Below, in pieces: positions 38,784 through 47,612 of a stretch of DNA of 47,612 nucleotides. Position 1 is the first letter of the stretch, and the number at the start of each line of letters is the position of its first letter. This stretch comes from an uncultured Pirellulales bacterium (lineage in GTDB: Bacteria; Planctomycetota; Phycisphaerae; Sedimentisphaerales; Anaerobacaceae). The translations under genes and the position numbers were made by a program. The notes under the pieces were generated by a model, which did no database searches, was not told where the DNA came from, and saw only the letters and a list, made by a program, of their open reading frames with translations. The DNA lies in the NCBI GenBank assembly GCA_964394625.1, contig CAYMYK010000005.1:1-47612 (forward strand). Reading direction: 5' to 3'.

Positions 38784-40010
38784 TTACAATCCCTTTACCC
38801 GCTCTTGCACGGGCGCCAGCGCCGGCAGATTACTCACAGGCTTATCTAAGTAAAAATAAGCACAGCTCGACCAGTCGTCCTGACGCTCGAAAAGCGGCAC
38901 ATCCTTCTGAGTCTCCCAGTCAATTTCAACAAGCCCCGGCCCGGTCTTGTGAAGAACCTGCCTGCGAGCCTTGAACTTATCGAACGTACCACTGTCCGCC
39001 GCCCCTATCTGCTGAATCGTCACTCGTATATCGCTGCTGAAATAAACCGGGTCCGGTATATGCAGCCGGTAAAAACAAAACTGCATGTTCTCATGGTCGG
39101 CTAAGTGACAACCCTCGTAAGGCTGCACATATCTGCCCTGTCCCCACCCCGTACCGATGTAATCCTCCGTCCCCGTCCCGCAAAGCGTCGGGTAATCCGT
39201 GTCGCCGTCAAGGTATATCTTCACCTCCCCCTCACCCCACCACGAGTTCAGGTATTTTTCTGTATCCGCAATCACTCCGACGTTCACACCCAGAAACCTC
39301 CCCTCCAACTTCGGCAAAAACTCGTAATCCTTCTGCAAAATCGTCGGGTTCTCACGCCGCCAGTACGTATGAAAATACATAACATCGTCGCCCAGCTTGT
39401 CCCCCACGGTATAATCAACCTCGAAAAATAACGCCCACAAACCGTATTCGGTCTCGTTTGTTATCTCAATCTTCATCCCCTTCTTAAACGGCATCGGAAT
39501 ACTGCAATTGAAGCTGCGCCCCTCAGGACTCGAAAAAAGCGCCGAGTTGAACTTCGACATCTTGCCCAGCCCGTGACAGAAAAAATCCCCCAACGGCGCC
39601 GATACCGCCGGTTTATCCTCACCGTCCCAGTACATATCTATCCGCGCACCGCGAAGCATCTTACCTAATCGCTCTCGCTCCTCTTGCGGCCCCCACTCCC
39701 AGCAGCCGATGATCGTCCCCCACATCCGCCGAACCATTCCGCTTTGTCCCTTCACCTCCGCCACAACCTGGCTTTTTCCCGGTTCCAGCCCATAACACGG
39801 CGACCCCTTCCGACCGCCCTTGGTCTTTCCGCCCTGGCCCTTCAGAGCCTGCGGATTCTCCGCCGTCGCCCATCGTGTTTGCACACCTTTCGGCAATACA
39901 TAAAGCGGCGTCGAATCCCCCGCCAATACCGACTCATCCTTTCCCATAACACACCCCGTACAGCAAACAACAACCAATGTCACAAAGACAAAATAACTCT
40001 TCATAACCAA
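38784..40010 (-). CDS. Secreted DUF2961-family protein (possibly GH172-like), paralog B
   Basis: Same conserved blocks as paralog A, with signal peptide MVMKSYFVFVTLVVVCCTGC. Confidence 0.55.
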   Translation of the reverse strand: MVMKSYFVFVTLVVVCCTGCVMGKDESVLAGDSTPLYVLPKGVQTRWATAENPQALKGQGGKTKGGRKGSPCYGLEPGKSQVVAEVKGQSGMVRRMWGTIIGCWEWGPQEERERLGKMLRGARIDMYWDGEDKPAVSAPLGDFFCHGLGKMSKFNSALFSSPEGRSFNCSIPMPFKKGMKIEITNETEYGLWALFFEVDYTVGDKLGDDVMYFHTYWRRENPTILQKDYEFLPKLEGRFLGVNVGVIADTEKYLNSWWGEGEVKIYLDGDTDYPTLCGTGTEDYIGTGWGQGRYVQPYEGCHLADHENMQFCFYRLHIPDPVYFSSDIRVTIQQIGAADSGTFDKFKARRQVLHKTGPGLVEIDWETQKDVPLFERQDDWSSCAYFYLDKPVSNLPALAPVQERVKGL

Positions 40011-40185
40011 TTCTCCTTATCAAAAGGAAATCACAAATGCCACGGGCTACGCATCGGCCTCGATAGCATTTTGTTCGCTTCCTCATCACTAACAAAACGT
40101 TCTTTCATAGGATCCCACTTAAGCTTTCGCCCCACCTTCATCGTGATTAGCCCCAGCTGACCGACCGACATTGAGCGATGCCCCG

Positions 40186-40290
40186 CCATCGGAGGCTTGA
40201 GTCAGCCAAGCCGTGATTCTGCTGACCCCGATTGCGCTCACCGCAGCAAATGCTACCCCATACGACGGAGCTTCAAGACAGTAACTTTAC
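40186..40290. repeat. Copy 2 of the ~100-bp direct repeat, in the same orientation as copy 1
   Basis: The 45-nt identity with 37322-37366 is followed by a related tail ending ...ATACGACGGAGC. Confidence 0.6.
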
Positions 40291-40369
40291 CCGATTGTCG
40301 CTCTCCGGTCAGCACTGTTTTTTATTCTTTTTGCCAAAAAAATGTTTGGCCCCCGCAATCGAGCTCAAT

Positions 40370-40478
40370 CCCTTTTTACGCCGACAAGCCGGAATATGTT
40401 GTTGAAAGATACCGGACGGATTATAATCATTACAGCCCGCACGGAAGCTTGAGCCCTATGCACCGCAAACAGCGATGA
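40370..40478 (+). pseudogene. Remnant C-terminal tail of a DDE (rve-type) transposase/integrase
   Basis: The translation ...KPEYVVERYRTDYNHYSPHGSLSPMHRKQR* resembles the conserved ...W..DYN..RPHSSLG..P C-terminus of IS3/IS481-family transposases. No catalytic core lies upstream. Confidence 0.4.
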
Positions 40479-40519
40479 CGAGACGGCGGCAACCTTCACA
40501 GGAAAGAACGCAAAATAAG

Positions 40520-41566
40520 ATGAAGAAGCTCAACCGCAGCATAATGTGGCTGGCGTTAGCGGCAATATGGTTACTCGCGGCCCTGTCTGTCCTGGGCGCC
40601 TTTTTGGGAGCGGAGGATGCTGGGCGATTTTTCAACTCGATGCCGCTTGGTTTTTTCTGGTATGCCCTGGCAGTGCTGCTGGCAGCCGGTTTTGTTGAGT
40701 TTCCCCGGCTGCTTCGCAGACCGGGGCTTTTTATGATTCACGCAGGTTGCTTATTGGTGCTTGCCGGGGGGATGTGGGGCTCGCAGGCCGGCCATCGACT
40801 CCAAAAGCGGTTTTTAGGCATAAACAGGATTCCCGGCGGTTATATGGTTATTCCCGAGGGAAATTCGGAAAATTGTGTAATTGCAGAAGATTTCAAGCAC
40901 CGGCTGGGCGAGCTGCCCTTTAGTATCCGGCTGAAGGATTTTCGTCTTGGATACTACCGGGCGGACAAAGATTCGGCTCGGCGGCTATACATAAAAACGC
41001 AGGATGGGCGGCATTTGCAGCTTGCCGCCAGGGCCGGCGAGGAGGTTTCCTTAGGCACAGATAAGGGCAAGCTCAAAGTGCTGGATACTTTCAGAAATTT
41101 CAAGATTCGGCTCGAAGACGGCAAAAACATAGTAACCGACGAACAGGCCAGCGGAGAAAATCCGGCGGTGGAGGTTGAGATTGAACTGCCCGACGGGAGC
41201 AGTTATACGCGTTATGTGTTTGAGCGTTTTGCAGGTTTTAGTCACGCTGAAGACGGCTTGCAGTTGAGTTATGTTTCGCAGGGGCCTCGAATGATACGTG
41301 ATTATTTCAGTGATGTGGTGGTCATCGAAAATGGAAAAGAGGTGGTAAGTAAAACAATCGAGGTGAACCATCCGTTACATTACGGAGGGTATCATTTTTA
41401 TCAGTACTCCTATGACCCGCAGGCAGAGAGTTATACCGTTTTGTCGGTGACGTCTGATTCGGGTCTGTATGCGGTATATGGCGGATACTGGCTGCTTGGT
41501 TTTGGGGTATTGTGGCAGTTTTGGCTCAGGCATATAGTCGAGCATATAAAAAATCGAAAAACATAA
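40520..41566 (+). CDS. ccsB: Cytochrome c biogenesis protein ResB/Ccs1 (CcsB)
   Basis: N-terminal transmembrane helices, a large periplasmic domain and a C-terminal NHPLHYGGYHFYQYS...transmembrane segment typical of ResB. The start is moved to ATG 40520 (MKKLNRS), downstream of the track start. Confidence 0.7.
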   Translation: MKKLNRSIMWLALAAIWLLAALSVLGAFLGAEDAGRFFNSMPLGFFWYALAVLLAAGFVEFPRLLRRPGLFMIHAGCLLVLAGGMWGSQAGHRLQKRFLGINRIPGGYMVIPEGNSENCVIAEDFKHRLGELPFSIRLKDFRLGYYRADKDSARRLYIKTQDGRHLQLAARAGEEVSLGTDKGKLKVLDTFRNFKIRLEDGKNIVTDEQASGENPAVEVEIELPDGSSYTRYVFERFAGFSHAEDGLQLSYVSQGPRMIRDYFSDVVVIENGKEVVSKTIEVNHPLHYGGYHFYQYSYDPQAESYTVLSVTSDSGLYAVYGGYWLLGFGVLWQFWLRHIVEHIKNRKT

Positions 41567-41599
41567 ACGACGACCCCCTATTTTGTAATTCATCGCAAA

Positions 41600-42418
41600 A
41601 TGGGAACCAGAGGTGTTGGTGCAATGGCGATTAAATATACTTTTCAGGGCCTGCTTATCTACTTGGTGATTGCGGCATATCTATTTGCGTTTTTGTCGGC
41701 GGCGCTGGGCAGAAAAAAAGCGGGACGCCGTATCTATCTGGCAGGGTTCGCAGCGGCGGTGTTCGCCTTCGGTTATCGATGGCACGATGTGCGTCACGTT
41801 CCGTTCCAGAATCTTTTCGAGGTGTTTCTGAGTATGGGAATGCTTGTTTATCCGCTGTCGATATTCTGCAGGCGATTCCTTCGGGTCGGCGGCGAGACGG
41901 CGGACATGCTGCTCGGGGTAATAATACTGCTTCCGGCGGGTTTTGTTTTTCACGCCGAGCCGCAGAAGCTTCCGCCGGCCCTGCAGAGCTGGTTATTCGC
42001 TCCGCATGTAGCGGCCTATCTGATATCTTACGTGATAATGGCCAAGGCGACGGTGCAGGCATTTTGCCAACTGAAAATCAATGTTGACAGCACGAAAGAA
42101 AATCTTGTTGGCTATGAAGACGGCACGTACAGAATGGTCTGTCTGGCTTTTCCGCTTCTTACATTAGGGTTGATATCGGGAAGCTGGTGGGGAAAGCTGG
42201 CCTGGGGCGACTATTGGGGATGGGACCCAAAGGAGCTGTGGTCTCTGGCATCCTGGTTAGTGTACGTGGGGTATTTTCATTTCAGGTATCTGTACGGCAA
42301 AAAGTATGCCCGTATCAACAGCGGCCTGGTAATTTTGGGGATTGTTACGATTGTGACAACACTGCTGTGGGTAAATCTGTCCGGAATATTCTCCGGGTTG
42401 CACAACTATGCGAGCTGA
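41600..42418 (+). CDS. ccsA: Cytochrome c-type biogenesis protein CcsA/ResC (heme handling, WWD domain)
   Basis: The Trp-rich motif SWWGKLAWGDYWGWDPKE is present. It is polytopic. An alternative start lies at ATG 41624. Confidence 0.85.
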   Translation: MGTRGVGAMAIKYTFQGLLIYLVIAAYLFAFLSAALGRKKAGRRIYLAGFAAAVFAFGYRWHDVRHVPFQNLFEVFLSMGMLVYPLSIFCRRFLRVGGETADMLLGVIILLPAGFVFHAEPQKLPPALQSWLFAPHVAAYLISYVIMAKATVQAFCQLKINVDSTKENLVGYEDGTYRMVCLAFPLLTLGLISGSWWGKLAWGDYWGWDPKELWSLASWLVYVGYFHFRYLYGKKYARINSGLVILGIVTIVTTLLWVNLSGIFSGLHNYAS

Positions 42419-42484
42419 TGCTTGCTTATCGGCGACAGATGTGTTATAGGGTTGGTTCCGGCGTAAAATGAAAGGTAAGATTTT

Positions 42485-43613
42485 ATGGAAGCAGCGGAAC
42501 TGAAATCAGCAATATCTCAGTTGCGGGCCCGGGTTGAGCAAATCCGGGACTGGCTTTGACTTGACGACAAAGAAACGCGAGATGGCTGAGCTCGAGGGAA
42601 AGATGAACTCTGCGAGTTTTTGGGACAATCGGGAGTCGGCGCAATCGGTCGTTTCGCGATTGAGCGCGGCCAAGGCGGTTGTCGAGCCGGTCGAGGAGCT
42701 TACGGCGGAGGTCAAAGACCTGGCGGAGCTTTTCGAGTTGGCCGGCTCGGACGCCGGCGAGCTGTCGCAGTTGGCGGACGACCTTCCCCGGCTGGTGAAA
42801 CGCTGCGAAAAGATAGAGCTTACGGGCCTGCTCAGTAGCCCGAACGATACGAAGAATTGTTTTTTCAGTATTCACGCCGGGGCGGGGGGTACCGAGAGCT
42901 GCGACTGGGCAAATATGCTGCTTCGGATGTACACACGGTATTTCGAGCGCAACAAGTATGCCTTCAGGCAACTGGATATCACGCCCGGCGAGGAGGCGGG
43001 GATACGGTCGATAACGCTTCGTGTGAGCGGGTCTTTTGCGTTCGGCAAGCTGTCGTGCGAGACGGGTGTGCATCGATTAGTGCGTATAAGTCCTTTCGAT
43101 TCGAACAAGCGGCGGCACACGAGCTTTGCGGCGGTGGATTGTATTCCGGAGTTCGATGAGGACATTGGCGTCGAGATCAAGGATGATGACCTGAAGATCG
43201 ATTTTTACCGGTCCAGCGGTGCAGGGGGCCAGCACGTCAATAAGGTCAGTTCTGCGGTTCGCATTACGCACATGCCAACCGGTATTGTCGTGCAGTGTCA
43301 GGACGACAGGAGCCAGCATAGGAACCGGGCGAGCGCGATGAAGGTGCTCAAGGCACGGCTTTATATGCTGGCCCAGCAGAAGCGAGACGCCGAGATAGCC
43401 AAACTCTACAGCGACAAGGGTGAGATCGCGTGGGGCAGCCAGATACGCAGCTACGTTCTTCAGCCCTATCAGATGATTAAGGACCATCGAACCGAACACC
43501 AGACGGGAAATGTCGATGCGGTGCTGGACGGGAATATCGAGGAGTTTATCGAGGCGTACCTGCGGCACAGGGCCAGGAGCAAACAAAAAAAGAAACAGGG
43601 CAAGGGACTATGA
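42485..43613 (+). CDS. prfB: Peptide chain release factor 2, with a programmed +1 ribosomal frameshift at CTT TGA C (42554-42560)
   Basis: ORF1 MEAAELKSAISQLRARVEQIRDWL ends at TGA 42557-42559 inside the canonical CUU UGA C slippery site. The +1 frame continues DLTTKKREMAELEGK... and carries SPF and GGQ motifs. The track ORF at 42534 is only the post-shift frame. Confidence 0.85.
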
Positions 43614-45136
43614 AAGAGATTATCGAGGTTGAACTTAAATCGAAGAAAGCCGTTCCGGTCGCAGTCGAAACCGACCTTCTGGTTGTCGGGCATTTTTCAG
43701 ACTCGAAGGGACTGGACAGGATATGCAGGGAGCTGGACAGGCGGCTCGGCGGCGCGATAAGCAGGGTAATCGAGCTGGGAGATTTCAAGGGCAAAAGCGG
43801 CGATAGTGCGATTTTTTACGGTGAGGGCAGGGTGGCGGCCAGGCGTGTTCTGCTTGTCGGGCTGGGCGAGAAGACCAAGGCGGGGCTTGATACATTCAGG
43901 CAGGCGGCGGCGCTTGCGGCGAATAAGGCGGTGGAGCTAAAGGCGCGGACGGCTGCTCTTGTCTTGCACGCTGCGCCGGGGGGCAGGTTTGATGCGGCAA
44001 CGCTTGCGCAGGTGATTGCCGAGGGGACATACTACGGCAGCTATCGTTACGACGAGTATGTTACCGGCAATGAGGACGGCCGGTTGAGCGCTCTTGAGGT
44101 TGAGCTGATTGATTCGGATTTGCAGCGGCTCAGGAAGCTGAAGGCACCGCTGGCAAGGGGGACTGTCATCGGCAGGGCGCAGAGTTACGCCAGGACGATG
44201 GCGAACCGGCCCGGCAATGTAATGAATCCGCCTGCTCTTGCACAAGAGGCGAAGAAATTAGCGGCGGGCACGCCCGGGCTTACCTGTACCGTTCTGGATG
44301 AGAAGCAGATGAAGCAAAAGGGGATGGGCGGTGTTCTGGCGGTGGGCGGCGGCTCGAACAGGCCGCCTCGATTCATAGTGGTCAGGTACGTTTCAAAGCA
44401 CGCCAGGGCGAGGAAGCTGCCGAGAGTTGCTCTTGTAGGCAAGGCGATAACGTTTGACTCAGGGGGGATAAGCATCAAGCCGGCGGCGAATATGGACCAG
44501 ATGAAGTTAGATAAGTCGGGCGGGCTTGCGGTGCTGGCCACGATGAAGGCGGCCGCGGAGTTGAAGCTGCCGATAGAAGTTTACGGTATTATTCCGTCGG
44601 CGGAGAATATGCCCGGCCCGGCCAGCTTCAGGCCCGGTGACATAGTGACGACGTTCAGCAAAAAGACGGTCGAGGTTCAAAATACCGATGCGGAAGGCAG
44701 AATGATTCTTTGTGATGGGATAGAGTACGCCGTCAAGCAGGGCTGTGACGTGATTATAGACATTGCGACACTGACGGGGGCCTGTATGGTGGCGCTGGGT
44801 CTGATGAGCAATGACGAGGCCCTGGCCAGGCAGTTAAAGAAGGCGGCTGAGATGAGCGGGGAGAAGCTCTGGCAGTTGCCGTGCGGGGAGCAATATGCCG
44901 AGGAGATGAAGAGCAAGATAGCGGATTTGAAGAACATCGGCAGCAAGTGGGGCGGCGCGTGCACGGCGGCGGCGTTCCTGAGGCAGTTCGCCGGCGAAAA
45001 AAAATGGGCGCACATCGATATGGCCGGGATGGACGTATTCGAGAAGCCGAAGGAATCCGTCTCTGCCGGCGCGAGCGGATACGGGGTTCGGCTGTTAACA
45101 ACCTATCTGATAAATCTGGCGAAAAAGAAGGGCTGA
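43610..45136 (+). CDS. pepA: Leucyl aminopeptidase (M17)
   Basis: [13 protein letters not shown] and [11 protein letters not shown] are M17 signatures. The start overlaps the prfB stop as ATGA. Confidence 0.9.
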   Translation: MKEIIEVELKSKKAVPVAVETDLLVVGHFSDSKGLDRICRELDRRLGGAISRVIELGDFKGKSGDSAIFYGEGRVAARRVLLVGLGEKTKAGLDTFRQAAALAANKAVELKARTAALVLHAAPGGRFDAATLAQVIAEGTYYGSYRYDEYVTGNEDGRLSALEVELIDSDLQRLRKLKAPLARGTVIGRAQSYARTMANRPGNVMNPPALAQEAKKLAAGTPGLTCTVLDEKQMKQKGMGGVLAVGGGSNRPPRFIVVRYVSKHARARKLPRVALVGKAITFDSGGISIKPAANMDQMKLDKSGGLAVLATMKAAAELKLPIEVYGIIPSAENMPGPASFRPGDIVTTFSKKTVEVQNTDAEGRMILCDGIEYAVKQGCDVIIDIATLTGACMVALGLMSNDEALARQLKKAAEMSGEKLWQLPCGEQYAEEMKSKIADLKNIGSKWGGACTAAAFLRQFAGEKKWAHIDMAGMDVFEKPKESVSAGASGYGVRLLTTYLINLAKKKG

Positions 45137-45140
45137 GTAT

Positions 45141-45725
45141 ATGAGCAGGACAGGCAGGAAGGTGGACAGGGCAAGAATTGAGAAGGCGGTCAAAGAGATT
45201 CTGTCGGCGATTGGCGAAGATGCCGGGCGTGACGGGTTGAAAGAGACGCCTCAACGAGTGGGTCGGATGTACGAGGAGCTTTTGGCGGGGATGCACGACG
45301 ACCCGAAGAAACATCTGCGAAGCGTCTTCAGCGAAAACTACGATGAGATTGTTCTGCTTCGTAACATACCTTTTTATAGTATTTGTGAGCACCATTTGAT
45401 GCCGTTCATCGGCACTGCCCACGTTGCGTATCTGCCTTCGGGCAAGGTCCTTGGTGTGAGCAAATTGGCCCGGATAGTGGATTGTTTTGCTCACCGGCTC
45501 CAGACGCAGGAACGGCTTACGTACAAAATAGCGGATTTTATTATGACGAATCTAAAGCCCCTGGGAGTAGGTGTGGTTATGGAGGCCTCGCACAGTTGTA
45601 TGACGATTCGAGGGATTAAAAAGCCCGGCTCGGTTATGGTGACATCGGCGATACGCGGGATATTCAGGAAGGACCCGCGGAGCCGAAATGAGCTTATGAG
45701 CTTGATACATAACGGTAAGAGGTAA
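45141..45725 (+). CDS. folE: GTP cyclohydrolase I
   Basis: [18 protein letters not shown] and the overall FolE fold. Confidence 0.9.
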   Translation: MSRTGRKVDRARIEKAVKEILSAIGEDAGRDGLKETPQRVGRMYEELLAGMHDDPKKHLRSVFSENYDEIVLLRNIPFYSICEHHLMPFIGTAHVAYLPSGKVLGVSKLARIVDCFAHRLQTQERLTYKIADFIMTNLKPLGVGVVMEASHSCMTIRGIKKPGSVMVTSAIRGIFRKDPRSRNELMSLIHNGKR

Positions 45726-45852
45726 AGGACGAAGAAGGACGATTTTATACCCTTCAGGGTAGTAAATTCCCGCGAGTAAAATTACAGCTTCTTGTTCTAA
45801 AATCAGTTACCCGCGAACTAACGGGAAAATTCAATTGTAAGTAGGATAATTT

Positions 45853-46650
45853 ATGCACAAGCTGTCCCACGAAGTACGTTTTTCGATAAATCCTTTTTTG
45901 GCCGAGGACAGCGTCGGTTTTAACACTTTTGCATCGAGACCGGCGGGGCGGGGATTAGCGTTTTTTCTTGAGCTGAGCGCGGAATTAACCGGCGAGCCGG
46001 CCCCGGATACGGGGTTCGTTGTGAATGTCAGTGACATTGACAGCAAGCTGCGCCGCTATGCCGTGCCGGTCTTTGCCGAGCGAATAAAGGGCCGATGCAG
46101 GGCGGGCAGGCATATCGGATTTGTCGAATTGACTGAGCTGCTGTGCAGCGCCTGGCAACAGTTGAGCAATAAGTTCGGCGGTGCCGTGGTGAGTGGGCTG
46201 GGTTTGAAGCTGAACCCTTACAGACGGCTTTCGATAGAGAATGGGGACGGTGAAATGGTTTATTTCAGTGAAAAGTTTGAGTTTGCCGCTGCGCACAAGC
46301 TCTGGAACGAGCAATTCAGCGAGTCCGAGAACGTCGAGCGTTTCGGCAGGTGCGCCAACCCGACGGGGCACGGCCACAATTACGTTGCGGAAGTTACAAT
46401 CAAGGCACCCGTGGGGGAAGGGGATTTAAAGATAGCCGATTTTGAAAGAGCGGTCAGCGAAGAGCTTATAGAGGTCGTTGACCACAAGAATTTGAACGCC
46501 GATGTTGCGGAATTTCGCGAAACCAATCCCACGGTCGAGAACATATCGGTCTTCGCCTGGAACAAGCTTGTGGGCGGATTCGGAAAGGCGACATTACATT
46601 GTGTCACGGTATGGGAGACGGACAAGACCTGCTGCACGTGTTACGGATAG
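45853..46650 (+). CDS. 6-pyruvoyl-tetrahydropterin / 6-carboxytetrahydropterin synthase family protein (PTPS/QueD) with tandem domains
   Basis: The C-terminal half carries the CANPTGHGHNY (Cx5HGH) catalytic motif. The N-terminal half is PTPS-like but lacks the motif. The gene sits immediately downstream of folE. Confidence 0.65.
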   Translation: MHKLSHEVRFSINPFLAEDSVGFNTFASRPAGRGLAFFLELSAELTGEPAPDTGFVVNVSDIDSKLRRYAVPVFAERIKGRCRAGRHIGFVELTELLCSAWQQLSNKFGGAVVSGLGLKLNPYRRLSIENGDGEMVYFSEKFEFAAAHKLWNEQFSESENVERFGRCANPTGHGHNYVAEVTIKAPVGEGDLKIADFERAVSEELIEVVDHKNLNADVAEFRETNPTVENISVFAWNKLVGGFGKATLHCVTVWETDKTCCTCYG

Positions 46651-46859
46651 CTTGAGAGGCTCCTAAAGTGGCTGAGCCGAGCCGGAAGTTTACTTTTAAT
46701 GCCAGCTTATGATTGTCAGGCAAATCCTGTATCTAATGCTCGTTGCTGCCAACGGGCATTTCTGTTATGATTGAGTGACTCGGTCGGGCCGAGCACCGTG
46801 AAGCACAAACGCAAAGCCGTAGAATTCGACACCTTTTGGTTTTGTTCTGAGGATGAAAA

Positions 46860-47612
46860 ATGGCTATTGGCGCGAAGGAGGTTTCGGCGTGTCTGGATGA
46901 ATGCAGGGAGCATCTGACGACCGAACTTCTGCCATTCTGGCTGGACCGCTGTAAGGATGAGGTCAACGGCGGTTTCATAACGCACTTCGATAAGGACGGC
47001 AAGGATACGGGCGAAGATGAGAAGTCCATGCTCGCGCAGATGCGGACGATATATACGATGGCTTCTGCGCATCGGGCCGGGTACGGAGACGGCAAGTGCG
47101 CCGAATATGCCAAGTTCGGCGTTGACTTTGTTATTGATAAGATGTGGGACGGCGAATACGGCGGCTTTTTCTGGACGACGGACCGCAAGGGCAACGTCGT
47201 CATCGACAAGAAGATTCTGTACGGGCTGAGCTTTGCGATGTATGCCCTGAGCGAGCACACAATATCCGTCGGCGATCCGCGAGGCCAGGAATACGCCGAG
47301 AAGGTCTTCGACCTGGTCAAGAAGCACTGCGCGGACACGATGTACGGCGGATACTTCGAGATCTTTGAGCGGAACTGGGATTTGTGCGGGCCCGGCAGCG
47401 GGGGCGGCGACCGCAAAACGCTCGACGTGCATATGCACCTGATGGAGGCCTTTACGACTTTGTACGAATGCACGGGAAAGAGCATTCACCGGCGGACGCT
47501 CGTGGAAGATATCGAGCTGCTCGCAAAGAGGATTCTGCACCCCGAACATTCGACGGGGATATCGCAGTTCCGGGCCGACTGGAAGGTTGCGCCGCAGATA
47601 AAGTTTGACATC
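46860..47612 (+). CDS. N-acylglucosamine 2-epimerase (AGE) superfamily protein (for example cellobiose 2-epimerase or mannose isomerase). The C-terminus runs off the window end. Not in the ORF track.
   Basis: SD GAGGA precedes ATG 46860, and the frame is open to 47612. The motifs GGFFWTTDRKGNVVIDKKILYGLSFAMYALSE and LDVHMHLMEAFTTLYE are AGE-family signatures. The overlapping minus ORFs 46716-47549 and 46733-47485 are Arg/Ser-rich shadows. Confidence 0.7.
   Translation, partial: MAIGAKEVSACLDECREHLTTELLPFWLDRCKDEVNGGFITHFDKDGKDTGEDEKSMLAQMRTIYTMASAHRAGYGDGKCAEYAKFGVDFVIDKMWDGEYGGFFWTTDRKGNVVIDKKILYGLSFAMYALSEHTISVGDPRGQEYAEKVFDLVKKHCADTMYGGYFEIFERNWDLCGPGSGGGDRKTLDVHMHLMEAFTTLYECTGKSIHRRTLVEDIELLAKRILHPEHSTGISQFRADWKVAPQIKFDI

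Noticed and set aside
40197-40478. 93-aa ORF as an intact gene
   Set aside because: Only the last ~36 codons look protein-like, as a transposase tail. The rest is Arg/Ser/Cys-rich and covers the repeat, so it is a remnant and not a functional CDS.
42534-42560. Simple ATG start for prfB at 42534
   Set aside because: The upstream 24-codon ORF ending in CUU UGA C shows the true start is 42485, with a +1 frameshift.
46716-47549. Minus-strand 277-aa and 250-aa ORFs at the window end
   Set aside because: Arg/Ser-rich shadows. The plus frame from 46860 has clear AGE-family motifs.

Overview
The window is a high-GC (~60%) bacterial chromosomal segment. Its gene content suggests a PVC-group or other polysaccharide-degrading lineage, but that is inference. 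Secreted glycoside-hydrolase-like proteins carry dockerin-like and LamG modules. There is a GH78 rhamnosidase and a pair of DUF2961 paralogs. Housekeeping genes dominate the rest. One is an eight-gene minus-strand string, glmU-prs-rplY(ctc)-pth-rpsF-ssb-rpsR-rplI. Others are transketolase, NfnAB-like electron-bifurcating oxidoreductase subunits, ResB/CcsA cytochrome c biogenesis, prfB with its programmed +1 frameshift, pepA, folE and a tandem-domain PTPS. An N-acylglucosamine-2-epimerase-family gene runs off the 3' end. A secreted multi-domain protein runs off the 5' end on the minus strand. The ORF track lists neither edge gene, nor the first 24 codons of prfB.

The standout is a 6.2-kb uninterrupted ORF (2846-9094) encoding a 2082-aa protein that is almost entirely an A/E/Q/R/K-rich helix (coiled coil or ER/K single helix). 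A Cys/His cluster sits at the N-terminus and a canonical CxxC-x19-CxxC zinc ribbon at the extreme C-terminus. A recurring Tyr-Gly-Glu motif punctuates the helix, and a near-identical 218-bp tandem duplication with a 336-bp period lies inside the gene. An unusually long (~1 kb) AT-richer noncoding region with clustered ATCAGG half-sites precedes it. I cannot assign a function. I flag it as the most likely undescribed element.

Other points of note are a ~100-bp direct repeat pair that flanks the DUF2961 gene pair beside tRNA-Gln and a transposase-tail remnant, a lower-GC gene pair (nitronate monooxygenase plus methyltransferase), and two glycoside-hydrolase paralogs whose last ~66 nt are nearly identical.
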